A stretch of 64,000 nt of DNA. Origin: Eledone cirrhosa (Eukaryota). The notes beneath the pieces were generated by a model, which saw only the letters and a program-made list of their open reading frames with translations, was not told the origin of the DNA and searched no databases. The stretch lies in the NCBI GenBank assembly GCA_964016885.1, contig OZ024757.1:6882001-6946000 (forward strand), read 5' to 3'. Each line of letters starts with the position of its first letter. The first letter of the stretch is position 1. This document shows, piece by piece, positions 1-12,635 of the stretch. A program made the position numbers and the translations under genes.

Positions 1-741
1 AAAACTGCATGCCTGGACAATATGTAAAGAAAATAAACCAAAATCTCTGATGGCTGGATAATCTTTAAGATTGTCCTCGATGAAGCAGGAAAAATGCAGG
101 TTTTCACCTAATGCGGACCCTAGGGGATCAAGAACATGAATATTTTATTATGTACTTTTATAGGCCTTGAAATGTCGGGAAAATCGGCTAGACCTAACGC
201 CTCCAAAAAGCCCTAAGAGGCTGAAAAAATGAAGTTTTTCACCCTAGACTATAAAAAAGTTGGAATTTCTTTGCTTACGGTATGAAGAAGAGACTGACTA
301 ATACATAGTTACAATTTCAAGAAAATCGGTCTGACGTAACACCTCAAAAACCCCTAAAAACCTGAAAAAACGCAGTTGTTCACGTAATGTGGGCCCTAGG
401 GGATCAAACTCACAGACACACACACACACACACACACACGCAGGGACAGACATCCTCAGGGAAGTGACGTAATGCAGACAGTCAGACATACAGACAGATA
501 TTATAAGGGTGCGACGTTATATGTATGTATCTATCTAAAAAGAGAAAGACTAAGAATTATAGAGCAAGATCACTAAATTGCCTAATGCTGTCCCTAGGGC
601 ATTGAGAATTGGAAATTTATTTTACTCAGAACACTCCCTGAAACATAAGTATTACATGTGTAAAGTTTGAAAACAGTCGGTTGGGTGGTTCTCGAGTTTT
701 AGGGATTCAAACTCACACACACACACAGACAGACATCCTCA

Positions 742-750
<9 letters not shown>
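1..750 (+). mobile_element. 3' part of a non-autonomous Helitron/Helentron-type (DINE-1/Lep1-like) element
   Basis: Ends with AAAGTTTGAAAACAGTCGGTTGGGTGGTTCTCGAG...ACAGACAGACATCCTCAGTTTTATATATA, resembling the 3' end of invertebrate DINE/Lep1-like elements; internal partial repeat of the CCCTAGGGGATCAA...GACATCCTCAG motif at 394-459. Family call is from motif recognition only. Confidence 0.45.

Positions 751-802
<52 letters not shown>
745..802. repeat. (TA)n microsatellite
   Basis: Pure TA run. Confidence 0.98.
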
Positions 803-805
<3 letters not shown>

Positions 806-872
806 AAAGTTCTATTTATGGTTGCATTTAATAGGGTACGTCAAAATTATTTATAAAACTGTTTATATATTG

Positions 873-937
873 TATTTTGTCTGATGAAGGCATACCATAT
901 TTTAATTTGGTATCCCTGAAATATGTATAATGAAATA
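873..937 (+). ncRNA. Minimal type I hammerhead ribozyme motif (Penelope pLTR-like)
   Basis: Stem I TATTTTGT(873-880)/ATGAAATA(930-937) with two GU pairs; CTGATGA 881-887; stem II AGGCATACCA/TGGTATCCCT (9 of 10 paired); GAAA 918-921; short stem III around loop ATGT; cleavage triplet AUA; AATAAA directly after. Confidence 0.75.
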
Positions 938-974
938 AATATGGTTTTATAAATATAGTTTCCATTTAATAATA

Positions 975-1153
975 TGGCAGTATCGGTAGAGAGTTGGACG
1001 CCATGCTTTGACGCATAGAGTTACTGCCCTTGCCATTCTGAGTTCAAATCCCGCCGAGGTTAACTTTGCCTTTCATCCTTACGGGGTCGATAAAATAAAG
1101 TACCAGTAATGTACTGGATAATTGCTGGCCTTGTGCCAAAAGTAGAAACAATT
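975..1153 (+). mobile_element. tRNA-head SINE (Meta-domain-like core)
   Basis: A box TGGCAGTATCGG, B box GTTCAAATCC, core GCCTTTCATCCTTACGGGGTCGATAAAATAAAGTACCAG; more than 10 copies in the window. Confidence 0.85.
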
Positions 1154-1160
1154 AATATCG

Positions 1161-1203
<43 letters not shown>

Positions 1204-1407
1204 GTAGTATAACAATAAAATGTTAAAGGTAATCCGATAAGAGTCTACGAAAACGTCTCATGGACAGTTTAAGCACACGGTAGTATGGGACTCAACAAGA
1301 TGTTTACTACGGGGACAATTGTGCTTGTCTTCCTATGTAAATATATCTTGGAGTAATAACAAAGTTAAGAATAACATGGTTGACAAAACAATCAAGGGTA
1401 TTTAATT

Positions 1408-1516
1408 ATAGTCTTACAATTGTTTCCATGGTGGAATTGTCTATAAATTGCTAATACTGGAGAAGTATAAATCAACTTACAATACATTTAAATCAAACCA
1501 TTTCATCAGAAACTCT
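1408..1516 (-). ncRNA. Type I hammerhead ribozyme motif within a Penelope-like terminal fragment (about 1207-1555)
   Basis: Minus strand: AGTTT-CTGATGA-AATGGT...ACCATG-GAAA-C-AATT-G-TA-AGACT; palindromic loop 3, GUA site, long loop 2; first pair of stem II is an A-G mismatch. Duplicate at 56848-56956. Confidence 0.6.
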
Positions 1517-1555
1517 TAATAAATATAAAATATATGCCTAACGGTAAACTTAAAA

Positions 1556-2768
1556 GCACTACAACGGAATTGGCTGTCAGAAGTGAAAGTAGAAGAATGT
1601 GACGTCATTCGTCAACCTTCGTTTATTTCCGTATCACCACGGGTTTATTAATGTTTATTTACGTTAGCGTAGTAATCGATGAAAATATATTTATTTCGCT
1701 CTGTATATCAAATTAGAAAACAAGTTAGCGTAATCGATTTGTTTTCAAATAAAAATATATTTATATATTTCAATAATTGTTTCTACTTTAGGCACAAGGC
1801 CAGCAATTACCCAGTGCATTACTGGTACTTTATTTTATCGACCCCGTAAGGATGAAAGGCAAAGTCAACCTCGGCGGGATTTGAACTCAGATCGTAAAGG
1901 GACGTAACTATGCTGGAAAGCATGGCGTCCGACCCTCCACCGATACTGCCAATCCAAGCATGGATACAGTAAAGTGAGTAGATTTGCAAACACATCGATT
2001 ACGCTAACACCACCAATGCAGACTCTCACACAATCCCCACCACCACCATGTGTAAATAAATAAACTTTGAAATCACCACGTTCATGTAAAACTTGCTTTT
2101 TCACTTTGGGATAATACACGTATTTGCAAGTTGAATAATATGAATTCTACATTATACCCCAGGGTGGAGTTAATCATCGCCATATTTCCATCGTTACCCC
2201 TACTACAGCAGATACCATTAATTGGTTGAAAAAACATGGACTTAATCCTGTATGTTATTAAAAGGTTCCCGAGTAGTACAGTAAATTAAAGCCTTTACGA
2301 ACGGAACTATGCAATGAAAGTATTTTTAATAAGTGTATCTCATCGTAAACGTATCTCTTAGAAATTCATAAATGGCTGTGTAAACCCTTACACTTTAAAA
2401 CAAAATTACAAACCAATTATGTGGTCATTGAAGTTACTAGAAATAGCAGGCAAATCTTATACCCTCTGCCACATCCTGTGTTCCTGGCAGCTGAGTATCA
2501 ACCATCCATAAAGAATCTCAATGGGGAAAACTTTCTTCAATGTCTGCCAGTATTACAAAACAAGGTTATCTTGTAGTTACCCGCGTTAAATAGTTTTTTT
2601 TTAAAGAAAGTTTTCTACTTTTATAACTATGACTATGAAATAAAACGCGTGGAGATATGGAAACAAATAGATTACGCTCAACGTAAATAAACGTAAATAA
2701 GTTGCAAATACGTGTATTATCCCAAAGTGAAAAACCAAGTTTTGCATCAACGTGGTGATGCATCAACG
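1556..2768. mobile_element. Long-TIR non-autonomous DNA element, copy 1
   Basis: Starts GCACTACAACGGAATTGG; inner TIR segments 2075-2130 and 2701-2768 are reverse complements; homologous to 24085-24877 and 55585-56808. Confidence 0.65.
1773..1955 (-). mobile_element. tRNA-head SINE
   Basis: Reverse complement of the 975-1153 family; absent from the paralogous site near 56580. Confidence 0.85.
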
Positions 2769-2966
2769 CTGGAAGATCCCACTCAGGATGAGAGAGCAGC
2801 CCGGGTGCCGGTAGCCGATGCCCTCGCTTCCTCTTTTATGGTGATTATTTCATATTAAGGTGGACGTTAATGTTTGTAAATAACATAAGGTGACTTATTT
2901 ACCTTATAGTTGTTGTTTTATCACCTGTATTATTAAATATTGAAGTGGTTGTTCAACATTTTACAG

Positions 2967-3055
2967 GACAGGAAAATATTATTTTAATCAGAAATCAGTG
3001 AACATTTAGTTTTTACTAACTTTTCTTGACTTTATATTTGGTCTTGACAACTAAA
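2967..3055 (+). other. Orphan copy of the 89-nt candidate 5' non-coding exon of the ZNF cassette
   Basis: TTTTACAG|GACAG...CTAAA|GTACGT; near-identical to 45174-45262 and 36601-36689 (minus), but no ZNF exon follows. Confidence 0.55.
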
Positions 3056-3784
3056 GTACGTATTATTTCCTTTTCCACCACAACACAAACATTGTGAACT
3101 TTTCTATCTGAAGTGAAATATCTTGATTTATTACAACACCTACACACATATTTCTACACACATACACACAAATTTCTATACACACACACATCTCTCTACC
3201 CCCCCCCCCTCTCTCACACTCTCTCTCTCTCTCTCTCTGATTGAATTATTCATATATATAATATACGCTTGAATTTTCTTCGTCAAAAATCAGTCTTATG
3301 TTGTCATATATTTCCATTCAAGGTTGATAAAAAACAATACCAGTCTACCACTGGGGTCTGTTCTTCCTCTCTATATTTCTATATCACTTCCTCTCTCTCA
3401 TTCTCTCTCCTTCTCTAGAAGAAATAAACTGTACAAACCTGTAGCGTGAAGGGCTCCACCAAGCTTCAAATGTCCACAGTGACATTCTTATAACTCCATC
3501 ATTAAAAAACAAAATAAAAGAATTATGTGTTTATTTTGTAAACCTTAACTGGTTTATATCTGACAAAATATCCACATGTGTAAATAAAACCAATTCTATA
3601 ACTTTAATATTTGTTGGATGGTACTTTCATGACAGTTGAAATTTTGACTTTTTAAAAAAAGATAATTCACATTTGAAAATACTTTACAACTTTCTTCTCT
3701 TTTTCTTCACCCATTTCTGAGTGGGTTGTAGGGGGTAGAGTCCTCACACACCCCTTATCAGTCCAATGTTTGCAAAATGTCCTC

Positions 3785-3935
3785 TATACACTACACTCAC
3801 ACAACAACACATCACTCTGCACACACACACCACATCAAAACACCACAATATACACCCCATCCCACACAACAGACACACATCATACCACACCACACCACAT
3901 CCAACACATACCACACCACAACACAACACATACAA
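3785..3935. repeat. CA-rich low-complexity tract
   Basis: Imperfect (CA/CAA/CACCA)n. Confidence 0.85.
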
Positions 3936-4123
3936 ACCAGGTAGTTATACCAACCCTGTATCTTGGTTTTAGTGATATTTTTGTAACAAATCCCAACATC
4001 CCAGACCTTAGAAAGTGGAGTGGAACTCATCAGATTGGACATTAAATGATGAGCTGTGACATCATTGGTGTCAACCTGTTTCAGCCATACCTTTGGACAA
4101 CAATGTATAGATATATAGAAATC

Positions 4124-4129
<6 letters not shown>

Positions 4130-4160
<31 letters not shown>

Positions 4161-5270
4161 AATTATTGTGTACAGTGCTCAGGTGCACTACAACTCGTCA
4201 AAGGTATATGTATAGTACATAGAAAAATAAACAAATGTCAGGGAAATGAATAGTGTATGAGTCATGATATACAAGTGTCTATGTGTATGGAGGGGGAACA
4301 TTAGGTGTAGTGTTGGTGAATCTCGGGAAGCATGGAGGCCTTAAAGGATGCAGTGTCTTGACAGCTAACAACTGATGAAGGTTTTAAAGGATGCAGTGTC
4401 TCAACAGCTAACAACTGATGCAGGTAGTTTGTTCCATGCTTCAACAACTCTGAGCGTGAAAAAATGTTTCCGAAAGTCATGGGAACTGTGCTGTTTTCTG
4501 ACTTTGTGGGCATGTCCATGTGTGTTAGACACATGGAAATCAAAAAGGTGCTCAGGGTTGTTGTTGGCAAGATGGTTAACAATTTTGTGGGTGTTTACCA
4601 AGTCAGTTGCCAGGCGTCGGAGCTTCAATGAATCCATGCCCAGGGAAGCAAGGCGTTCAGAGTATGGTAGATGCCTGATGGAGGGTATTCGCTTGGTTGC
4701 ACGTCTCTTAACAGTTTCCAGGCGGTCAATGTTCTGAGCAAGATAGGGATTCCAGACTGGTGATGCAAATTCTAAGTGTGGCCGCACCATAGCCATGTAC
4801 AGCCTTAAATAGATAGCTGGAGAGTGGCTGACAAAGGTCTTGCTGAGTGATGCTGAGACACCTTCAGCCCCTTGATAATTTTAGAGACATGCTTCGTCCA
4901 ACGCAAATCGTTGCATTGTGTCTAGGTCAGACTGCAAGCAAGATCTATAGTGTTCAGGATCTGTCCTTTTTATCCCAAGGTACAGCTTGATGTCATCTGC
5001 GTACTTTAGTACTGTGGCATTCTTTAAGTTGGCATCTGTGTCATTAATATATGCCACAAACAAAAGGGGACCAAGAATAGATCCCTGTAGTACACCAGAT
5101 GACATCTCATATGGTGAGGAATGCTATCCCAGAACCGTGACTACCTCTCTTCGACTGAGAATGAAGGACTTCAACCAGTTAAAAACATCATCCTTCACAC
5201 CCATTGCAGAGAGTTTTGCCATAAGTCTTTTGTGTGGCACAGAATTGAAAGCTTTCGCAAAGTCAAGGTA
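4130..5270 (-). mobile_element. 5'-truncated CR1-clade LINE (RT C-terminus and tail)
   Basis: SGVLQGSILGPLLF, YADDIKLY, VRPHLEFASPVWNP, FFTLRVVEAWNKLP; (AAT)n tail at 4131-4158; same family as 32330-35380. Confidence 0.92.
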
Positions 5271-5294
5271 TATATATATATGTGTGTGTTCTAG

Positions 5295-8200
5295 AGACTA
5301 GGTGCAGGGGTGGGTCTGCTAGATTCATTGTGGGTAAATAAAGATGCTATAAACTTTTCTGGATGGGAAATGACAAAGGGCTGGGTGGAGTAGGAATTAT
5401 GTTAGCAGAGAAATGGGTAGATAGAGTTAACAACAGAATAATTAGAATAAGACTAGTTGTAAATAGAACAACTATGACTCTAATATCCACTTATGCACCC
5501 CAATCTGGTCTACTTGACGTTATAAAAGACAGGTTCTATGATTTGCTAATGCTCACTTCCTCCCAAATAACAGACAGTGACTACATAATTATTGCTGGTG
5601 ACCTAAATGGTCACGTTGGACAACATAGGGATGGCTATGATGGAATCCATGGAGGCTATGGGTTTGGTACTAGAAATGAGGAAGGCTTCAGGATCCTGGA
5701 ATTTTGTGGTGCTAATAACCTAACTATCTGTAACACAAACTTCGAAAAACGAGACAATCACTTGGTCACCTATAGATCAGGGGAACACGCCAGCCAGATA
5801 TACGATATCCTTACTAGAAGACGTGACAGAGTGTCTGTTGTAAACACTAAGTCCCTCCTCTGTGAAGAATTCACCTCCCTACATAACTTAGTAGTTAGTG
5901 ACCTCATAGTCAGGACTAGACGTACTCGACGACAGAGGGGGACTACCTTAAGGAGAAGATGGAAGTTGAAGGACCTCACAGCCAGTGACACATTTAAAAG
6001 CATATTAGTTAATGCTTTTGACAGAAAAGAGGTGCAATTAGAGACATACAATATAGAGGAACAGTGGCAATTCTTGAAAGTTAACCTGCTGAAGGCGACA
6101 GATGAAATCTGTTGCTGGAGCAGACCTATAGGCAGGAGGAGAGTAACTTGGAGGTGGAGGAGACAATCAGGCTTGGAAAGTATTGTGGGATGGGGAAAGT
6201 AGAGAATACTATTAGGTGGCTAGGAGACAATTGTACTTTGCAAGAAGGGAAGCAGAGAATAGAAAGTTCAAGCATGTTCTACAACGTGAGGTGTTCAGGA
6301 TCGCAATACAAAGTGTCAAGGAAAACCGTGATATTGTCAGGGAGAAGTGTGTCTGTAATGATGATGGTGTACTTGCCCTCCCTGATACTGATAAGAAGGT
6401 AGCTTGGAAGTGTCACTACGAGGGACTACTAAATGAGGAGAATAAATCGGGAAAAAGATAGTCTGCCCCAAATCGATCCAATAGAAGGACCAGCGGTGCA
6501 AGTTAATGGTAGTATAGTAAGTAAGGCAATCAAAGATATGAAGACGGGCAGGGCAGCTTGGCCTTTAGAGATAGTTGTTGAGATGTTGAAAGCATCTGGA
6601 ATGGTGGGACATACTATGGACACCCAGATAGTAAACCAAGTAATACAGAAGGGGGTTATACCAGATGACTGGCGTAGCAGTATCATCGTTAACTGCTACA
6701 AGGGTAAGGGAGATGCCCTAGATAGGGGAAACTATAGAGGCATTAAGGTAGTTGACCAGGTCATGAAGGTCACAGAAAGAGTTATAGCACAACTAATCAG
6801 AGACCAAATTGATCTAGATGAAATGTAGTTTGGGTTCATGCCAGGTAAAAGTACCACAGATGCTATTTTCTTGGACAGGAGAAGTACCTAGCTAAAAGTA
6901 AACTCCTTATACTTAGCTTTTGTTGACTTGGAGAAAGCCTTTGACAGAGTCCCCCGCTCCATTATCTGGTGGGCCCTTAGAAATGTAGGAGTAGATAAAT
7001 GGCTTGTGAGAGCTATACAAGCCATGTATATAGAAACAGTCAGCAAGGTTAGAATTAACAATGAATAGTGAAGAATTTAGCGTAAAAGTAGGTGTTCAGC
7101 AAGGCCCCATCCTTAGCTTCCTCCTGTTTATTATTGCCCTTCAAGCTATAACAAAGGGGTTTAAGACCAGCTGCCCACGGGAACTTCTATATTCAGATGA
7201 TCTAACTCTCCTAGCCAAATCTATGGCTGAACTACACAAGAAATTCCCAAAATGGAGGCATAGCCTTGAATCAAAAGGCCTTAAAGTTAACTTGTCTAAG
7301 ACTAAAGGTTTAGTATGTAGAAAAGAAAATAGGGCACTGGTGCCATGCTCTGTGTGTAGGAAAGGAGTAGGTAGAAATTCCATTCTATGTCCCAAATGCA
7401 AACTATGGGTACATAAAAGATGTAGTGAGATCACAGGTAAGCTATCTAAGAATGTAGATTTTATATGTGGCCGATGCTGATGTGAAATAAGCAGCAAGTA
7501 CCCACAGGATACTAGAACCTTCTACTGCCCAGATGGTTCTATAGAAATAGTGGACACTTTCGATTACCTGGATGACAAAATCAGCAGTGGAGGAGGGTGT
7601 TCTGAAAGTGTAGTAGCCAGAGTTAGAACGGGATGGAGAAAGTTCAGAGAGCTTATACCGCTGCTAGACACAAACATTTCTCTCTAAAAATGAAAGGCAG
7701 ATTGTATGATGCTTGTATACGAACAGCAATGTTACATGGCAGTGAGACATGGGCATTGTGTGCAGAGGACCTGCACAGATTGGAAAGGAATGAGGCATGC
7801 ATGCTACATTGGACGTGTAATTGTAATATACATGAAAGGCAAAACATAAAGGAACTAAGTGAGAATTAGGAATAAGAGGGATCAGATGCTGTTTACTTGA
7901 GAGAAGATTACATTGGTATGGTCATGTGATGCGAATGAAAGATGACAGCTTTATAAAAATGTGCAGGGTGATCAAAATTGATGGAAGTTACGGAGTAGGT
8001 AGACCCAGAAAAACCTGGGACGACATAAAATCTAACCTTGCACACTTACACCTCTCTTAGACAATGTCACTGGATCGAGATTTATGGTGCCACACAGTAA
8101 CAGAGAAGACCTGCCTTCCCTATGTGTAAAGTTAACCTACAGTCAGTAGGCCCCTCCTAACCAAATATACACCCAACCCACACACCCTACTCCATGCTCG

Positions 8201-8455
8201 CACTCCCACCAACACGACCCTGTCTCTGTAAAGTTATGTTGGTACCACAACATCCAGTCCAAGCTAAAGGGGTCGTGTAGGTGTCATCACGAAAAGGCTC
8301 CCAGTCCACTCTGGAAATGTGGTTGGTGTTAGGAAGGGCATCCAGCTGTAGAAAACCTGCCAGATACAGTCCTATACGAGCGAGACACGGTCACCCGATC
8401 ATTTCCCGTCTAACCCATGCTAGCGTGGAAGATGGACGTTAAACGATGATCATGA
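5295..8455 (+). mobile_element. Near full-length decayed RTE-clade LINE (APE endonuclease + RT)
   Basis: YAPQ, IIAGDLNGHVG, YKGKGDALDRGNYRGIK, FVDLEKAFDRV, YSDD, MLHGSETW motifs across several frameshifts and stops; 3' UTR ending in ATG-type repeats near 8445. Confidence 0.93.
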
Positions 8456-8480
8456 ATTGTGTTAATATATATACATACAT

Positions 8481-8666
8481 AATAATACAAGGACGAATGG
8501 TTACTGCTTCATTACATTTATTGGTTGGTGACACATGTTTCACTATTGATCAGCTCAAGGTTTGATCTGTATCAATACAGATCAAACCTTGAGCTGATCA
8601 ATAACGAAACATGTGTCACTAACCAATAAAAGTAATGAAGGTGTAACCTTTTGTCCTTGTATTATT
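8481..8666. repeat. 186-bp fold-back palindrome carrying the 3' half of a hammerhead motif
   Basis: Arms symmetric about 8573/8574, inner 29 bp perfect; right arm reads GAAA-C-ATGT-G-TC-ACTAACC-AATAAA (8606-8630). Confidence 0.85.
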
Positions 8667-9071
8667 CTATTACACTCTGTCTAGCTCTACACTTCACTAC
8701 AGACGTGAACCTAAAGATGGAGTGCTCACCCAGGTGAACCTACAGTAACTCCGTGTTACACTCCCTGGATATATACATATATATAATGTGGGTAATATTA
8801 AATATTATCCAATTACAAGTATGACAATAGCTCAATGTAAAACAACAAATATAATACAGAGGTGAAATATAATTTATTAATAACATTTTTTGTATTAATT
8901 TTTTTATAAATTTTAATAATATTCAGCTTTTTACTCTACATTGATTAATTATTTTATTGTATTTGCTAATATATTATTGTAAAATTATTATTAATAATTT
9001 TAAAAATAATTCTCTAGTTGTATAATCATTAGCCCTAATATTTATTATTGTTATTATTACACCTTGACTAG

Positions 9072-9240
9072 GGCAGTGGATTGGTAGAGGGTCGGACACC
9101 GTGCTTTGCAGCATAGAGTTACGGCCCTTTACGGTCTGAGTTGAAATCCTGCCGATGATAACTTTGCCATTGATAAAATAAATTACCAGTAATGCACTGG
9201 GGTAATTGCCGGCCTTGTGCCAAAATTAGAAACAATTATT
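9072..9240 (+). mobile_element. tRNA-head SINE (internally deleted)
   Basis: Similarity to 975-1153. Confidence 0.8.
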
Positions 9241-9379
9241 ACATTTGAAGTATAACAGATTATCTATATACTTAAGACTGAAAGATGTAGTTGAACTTTT
9301 TATTATAAATATATTAAAAATATATTTTGAAGATGTATTTTTACATTCTTAAATTTATATTTGATCCATGCACTAGCTT

Positions 9380-11595
9380 TAGTCATCATCATCATCATTT
9401 TATGACCGCTTTTCTCTGCTTGCAAGGGTGGGACGGGTCCTATTCAGCACAGCATCACTCCCCTTGTCACGGTCCTTCGTCATCTCCTCCGTGTGTTTCA
9501 GTGATCTGAGGTCTGCTCTCACCACCTCCACCCATGTTTTTCGTGGTCTTCCTCTATTGTGTCTTCTTTCGACTGGGATTTCTTGGCACTTCTTTACCCA
9601 GTGGTCATCCTCCATGTTCATCACATGTCCATACCATCTCAGTCTTCTCTCCCGCACACCACAACTTATCCCTCTTATATCCAGTTTCTTTCTCAACTCG
9701 TCTATGCTTGGTCGTTCACGCATATTGACATTGCACATCCAACAGAGCATGCTCGCTTCATTTCTCTGCGGCCATCACATATTCTCTGTACTTGCTGTCC
9801 ATGTCTCACTACCATGCAGCATTGCACATCTCACACAGGCATCATATAACCGGCCTTTCGTATGCAGGGAGAAACCCTTACTTGTGAACAGAGGAAGCAG
9901 CTCCCTAAACTTCTTCCAACCCGTCCTTATTCTAGATACTATGGCCTCGGAACACTCTCCTCCCATGCTAATCTGATCACCTAGGTACCGGAAGCTATCA
10001 ACCACTTCTATAGAGCCATATGCATTGGAAAAATGTGTCTATCACTGTGATTACTACAGTCAACTTTCCCTGTACATCTACTGCATACATAGTTTTCCAT
10101 ACCTGTTAGTTTACCTGCTATCCCACTACATCTCTTGTGCACCCAAGATCCGCATTACGTAGATTTTATAGAATTTATGCCAGTTCCTTTTCTACATATC
10201 GAACATGGCCATTTCCCTGATGTAATCAGAGTATTGTCCTCTCTGTCCTTCTATGTTCACTCTCAGTCCTCTTGCTTCCAACTGCTGTTTCCATAGCCAG
10301 ATTTTATTCTCTAGCTCCTCTACTGATTCTGCTATAAGAACCAGATCATCAGCATAGAGAAGTTCCCATGGGTATCCAGTCTTAAACTCCTCTGTTATGG
10401 CTTGGAGGACTATAATAAACAAGAGCGGGCTGAGGACCGAACACTGATGTACACCTACTTGTATCTGGAACTCCTCACTAGACTCCATTCCTACCCTCAA
10501 TTTACTGACAGCACCCCCTGAACACAGCTTGCACTGTCCTCAGAAGCCATTCCTCTACACCTAGTTTCCTTAGGGACCACCAAATGACAGATTGGGGTAC
10601 CCTATCAAAGGCCTTCTCTAAGTCAACAAAAGCTAAGTATAGTGACTTATTCTTCTCTAAGAACCTCTCTTGTAGTTGTCTCACTAAGAAGAGGGCATGT
10701 TGTACTTTTCTGAGGCACAAAACCAAACTGCATCTCATCTAATTTGACCCTTTCTCTAATCAGTTGCACTAATATTCTCTCTGCCACTTTCATAACCTGA
10801 TCCATCAGCTTTATGCCCATATAATTGCTCCTCTACAGAGCATCCCCTTTACCTTTGTACCAATTTATGAGAATACTGCTGTACCAGTCTTTGGGTATGA
10901 CACTACCATATATAGCTTGATTGATGATGTGTGTAACCAGTTTAGTGCCTACTTCTGATGCCTTCAGCATCTCAGCAACTATCCCGGACGGTCCAGCTGC
11001 CTTACCATTTTTCATTTCCTTAATTGCCTCTTGTACCCTATATTGGCCAATCTCAATAGCTGGTCCCTCTGTCGGGTTTACTGGGGATAGTTTCCCTCTC
11101 TCCCATTCATTCTCCACATTCATCAGCCTCTCATAATGACATTTCCAGGCCTCCTATTTTTGATAAGTCGTAACACTAAGTACACCGTCATCATTCCGGA
11201 CACACTTATCTCCAACAACATCCTGATTTACACTGACACACTGCCTTGCAATGTGGAACACCGCACGCCTCTGATCTTCCCATCACAGAACATTGGCAAA
11301 CCTCCTACTCTCAGCCTCCGTGCGTGCTAAGTACACCTGACGTCTAGCTTCTTTCTTAGCGGCCGTATATCCTATTCCACTCCCACCATTTTTCCAAGCC
11401 TTCCATGCTAGTCTTTTGTCTCTAATGGCCTTATCTACCGTGTTGTCCCACCACCAGGTCACTCTCTGTCTGGTCGGAGCTCTGCTCCAGCCACAAGTTT
11501 CTTCAGTAGCCTGCAGTAAGTTGTCACGTAAGAATTTCCAGTTATCATCTATGTCATACGACTCTAAAACGTCTTCTTTCTCGTCATACACATCT
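9380..11595 (-). mobile_element. Decayed RTE-clade LINE, second subfamily
   Basis: FVDLEKAFDRVP, GVHQCSVLSPLLF, ELLYADDL, MLHGSETW, RRLRWYGHV, RGRPRKTW in broken ORFs; (CAT)n tail at 9384-9398. Confidence 0.93.
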
Positions 11596-12635
11596 TGAAG
11601 GGTTTAAGAGATTTAATATTCTTAAGATTTAGATGTTTAAACTAATTTTAGTCAATTAAATTTGTTGTTTGTTTTGCTTATATTCACTTCTTTAAAAACA
11701 AACCTCAGTGCTGCTACCACGGTTGTTATGGCTACCTCCCACCACTCCTCTCTCTATCAATGGCAGCAGACGACCAGGAAAAATATATTAAAATATTATA
11801 AATATATCGTATAATATCCTTACAGCTGACTATTTTATCTAACTTTGTCTTGTTTATCTCATTCTGTTCTTTATAAACCCATTTATAACATTTTATTAGG
11901 TTTTCTCAACGTAAACATCGGCGGTTGTCCCCTCTCTCTATATCTTATACTCCCTCTCTCTGTATATCATACTCTCTCTCTCTCTCCATTATAACATGTT
12001 AGAAATAACAGCCAAATCTCTCGTAAAACATAAACCTCAATGCCTTAGAACCTGCTAAAAATAGCAGTCAAACCTCCCTCCCACGCTCACCACTACCATA
12101 GAACCTACTAGAAACAGCAGCTAATTCATTATTATTCCTTGTCTTCAAGAGGATGCAGGAAATAGCAACTAACTTGATGAAGAAAATATCAGAAATAACA
12201 ACTAGATCTTCCTTAAATAAAACACACACGTGGTCCTTGTAAAATGCTAGAAATACCAGTCAAATAACGTAACCAGATAACTTTTAATATAATAGTAACA
12301 AAAAAAATGTGCTTCAAAGTATAACTAAAAATGCTAGAAAAAGCAGCTAAATCTACTCAAACATCTACTCGTCTTCTTAAAATATCCCCTAATCGTATAT
12401 TTTAATCTCGTCTCAAGAATCGTAATCTACGCATTTTGCTACATCTACTGTATAAGTCCCGTCTGTAAAGTATTATAACTTGTGTATTGTTCACTCGATC
12501 TCGCTAACATTTTACACATTGCCAAAGGAGGATACGAGACGTGGCAATAACAACTATTTATTGCATAATTGTTACTTTCAAAGTGATTATCGCCATTTTT
12601 CTAATCCTTGTGTGACTTTGTGTTAAAAAATCTCC

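Noticed and set aside
975-1060. tRNA-like A and B boxes
   Set aside because: SINE heads; no cloverleaf, and followed by the SINE core.
2769-2832. GC-rich 64-bp island (mirrored at 24016-24082)
   Set aside because: No recognisable RNA motif or peptide; probably a TE fragment, left unassigned.
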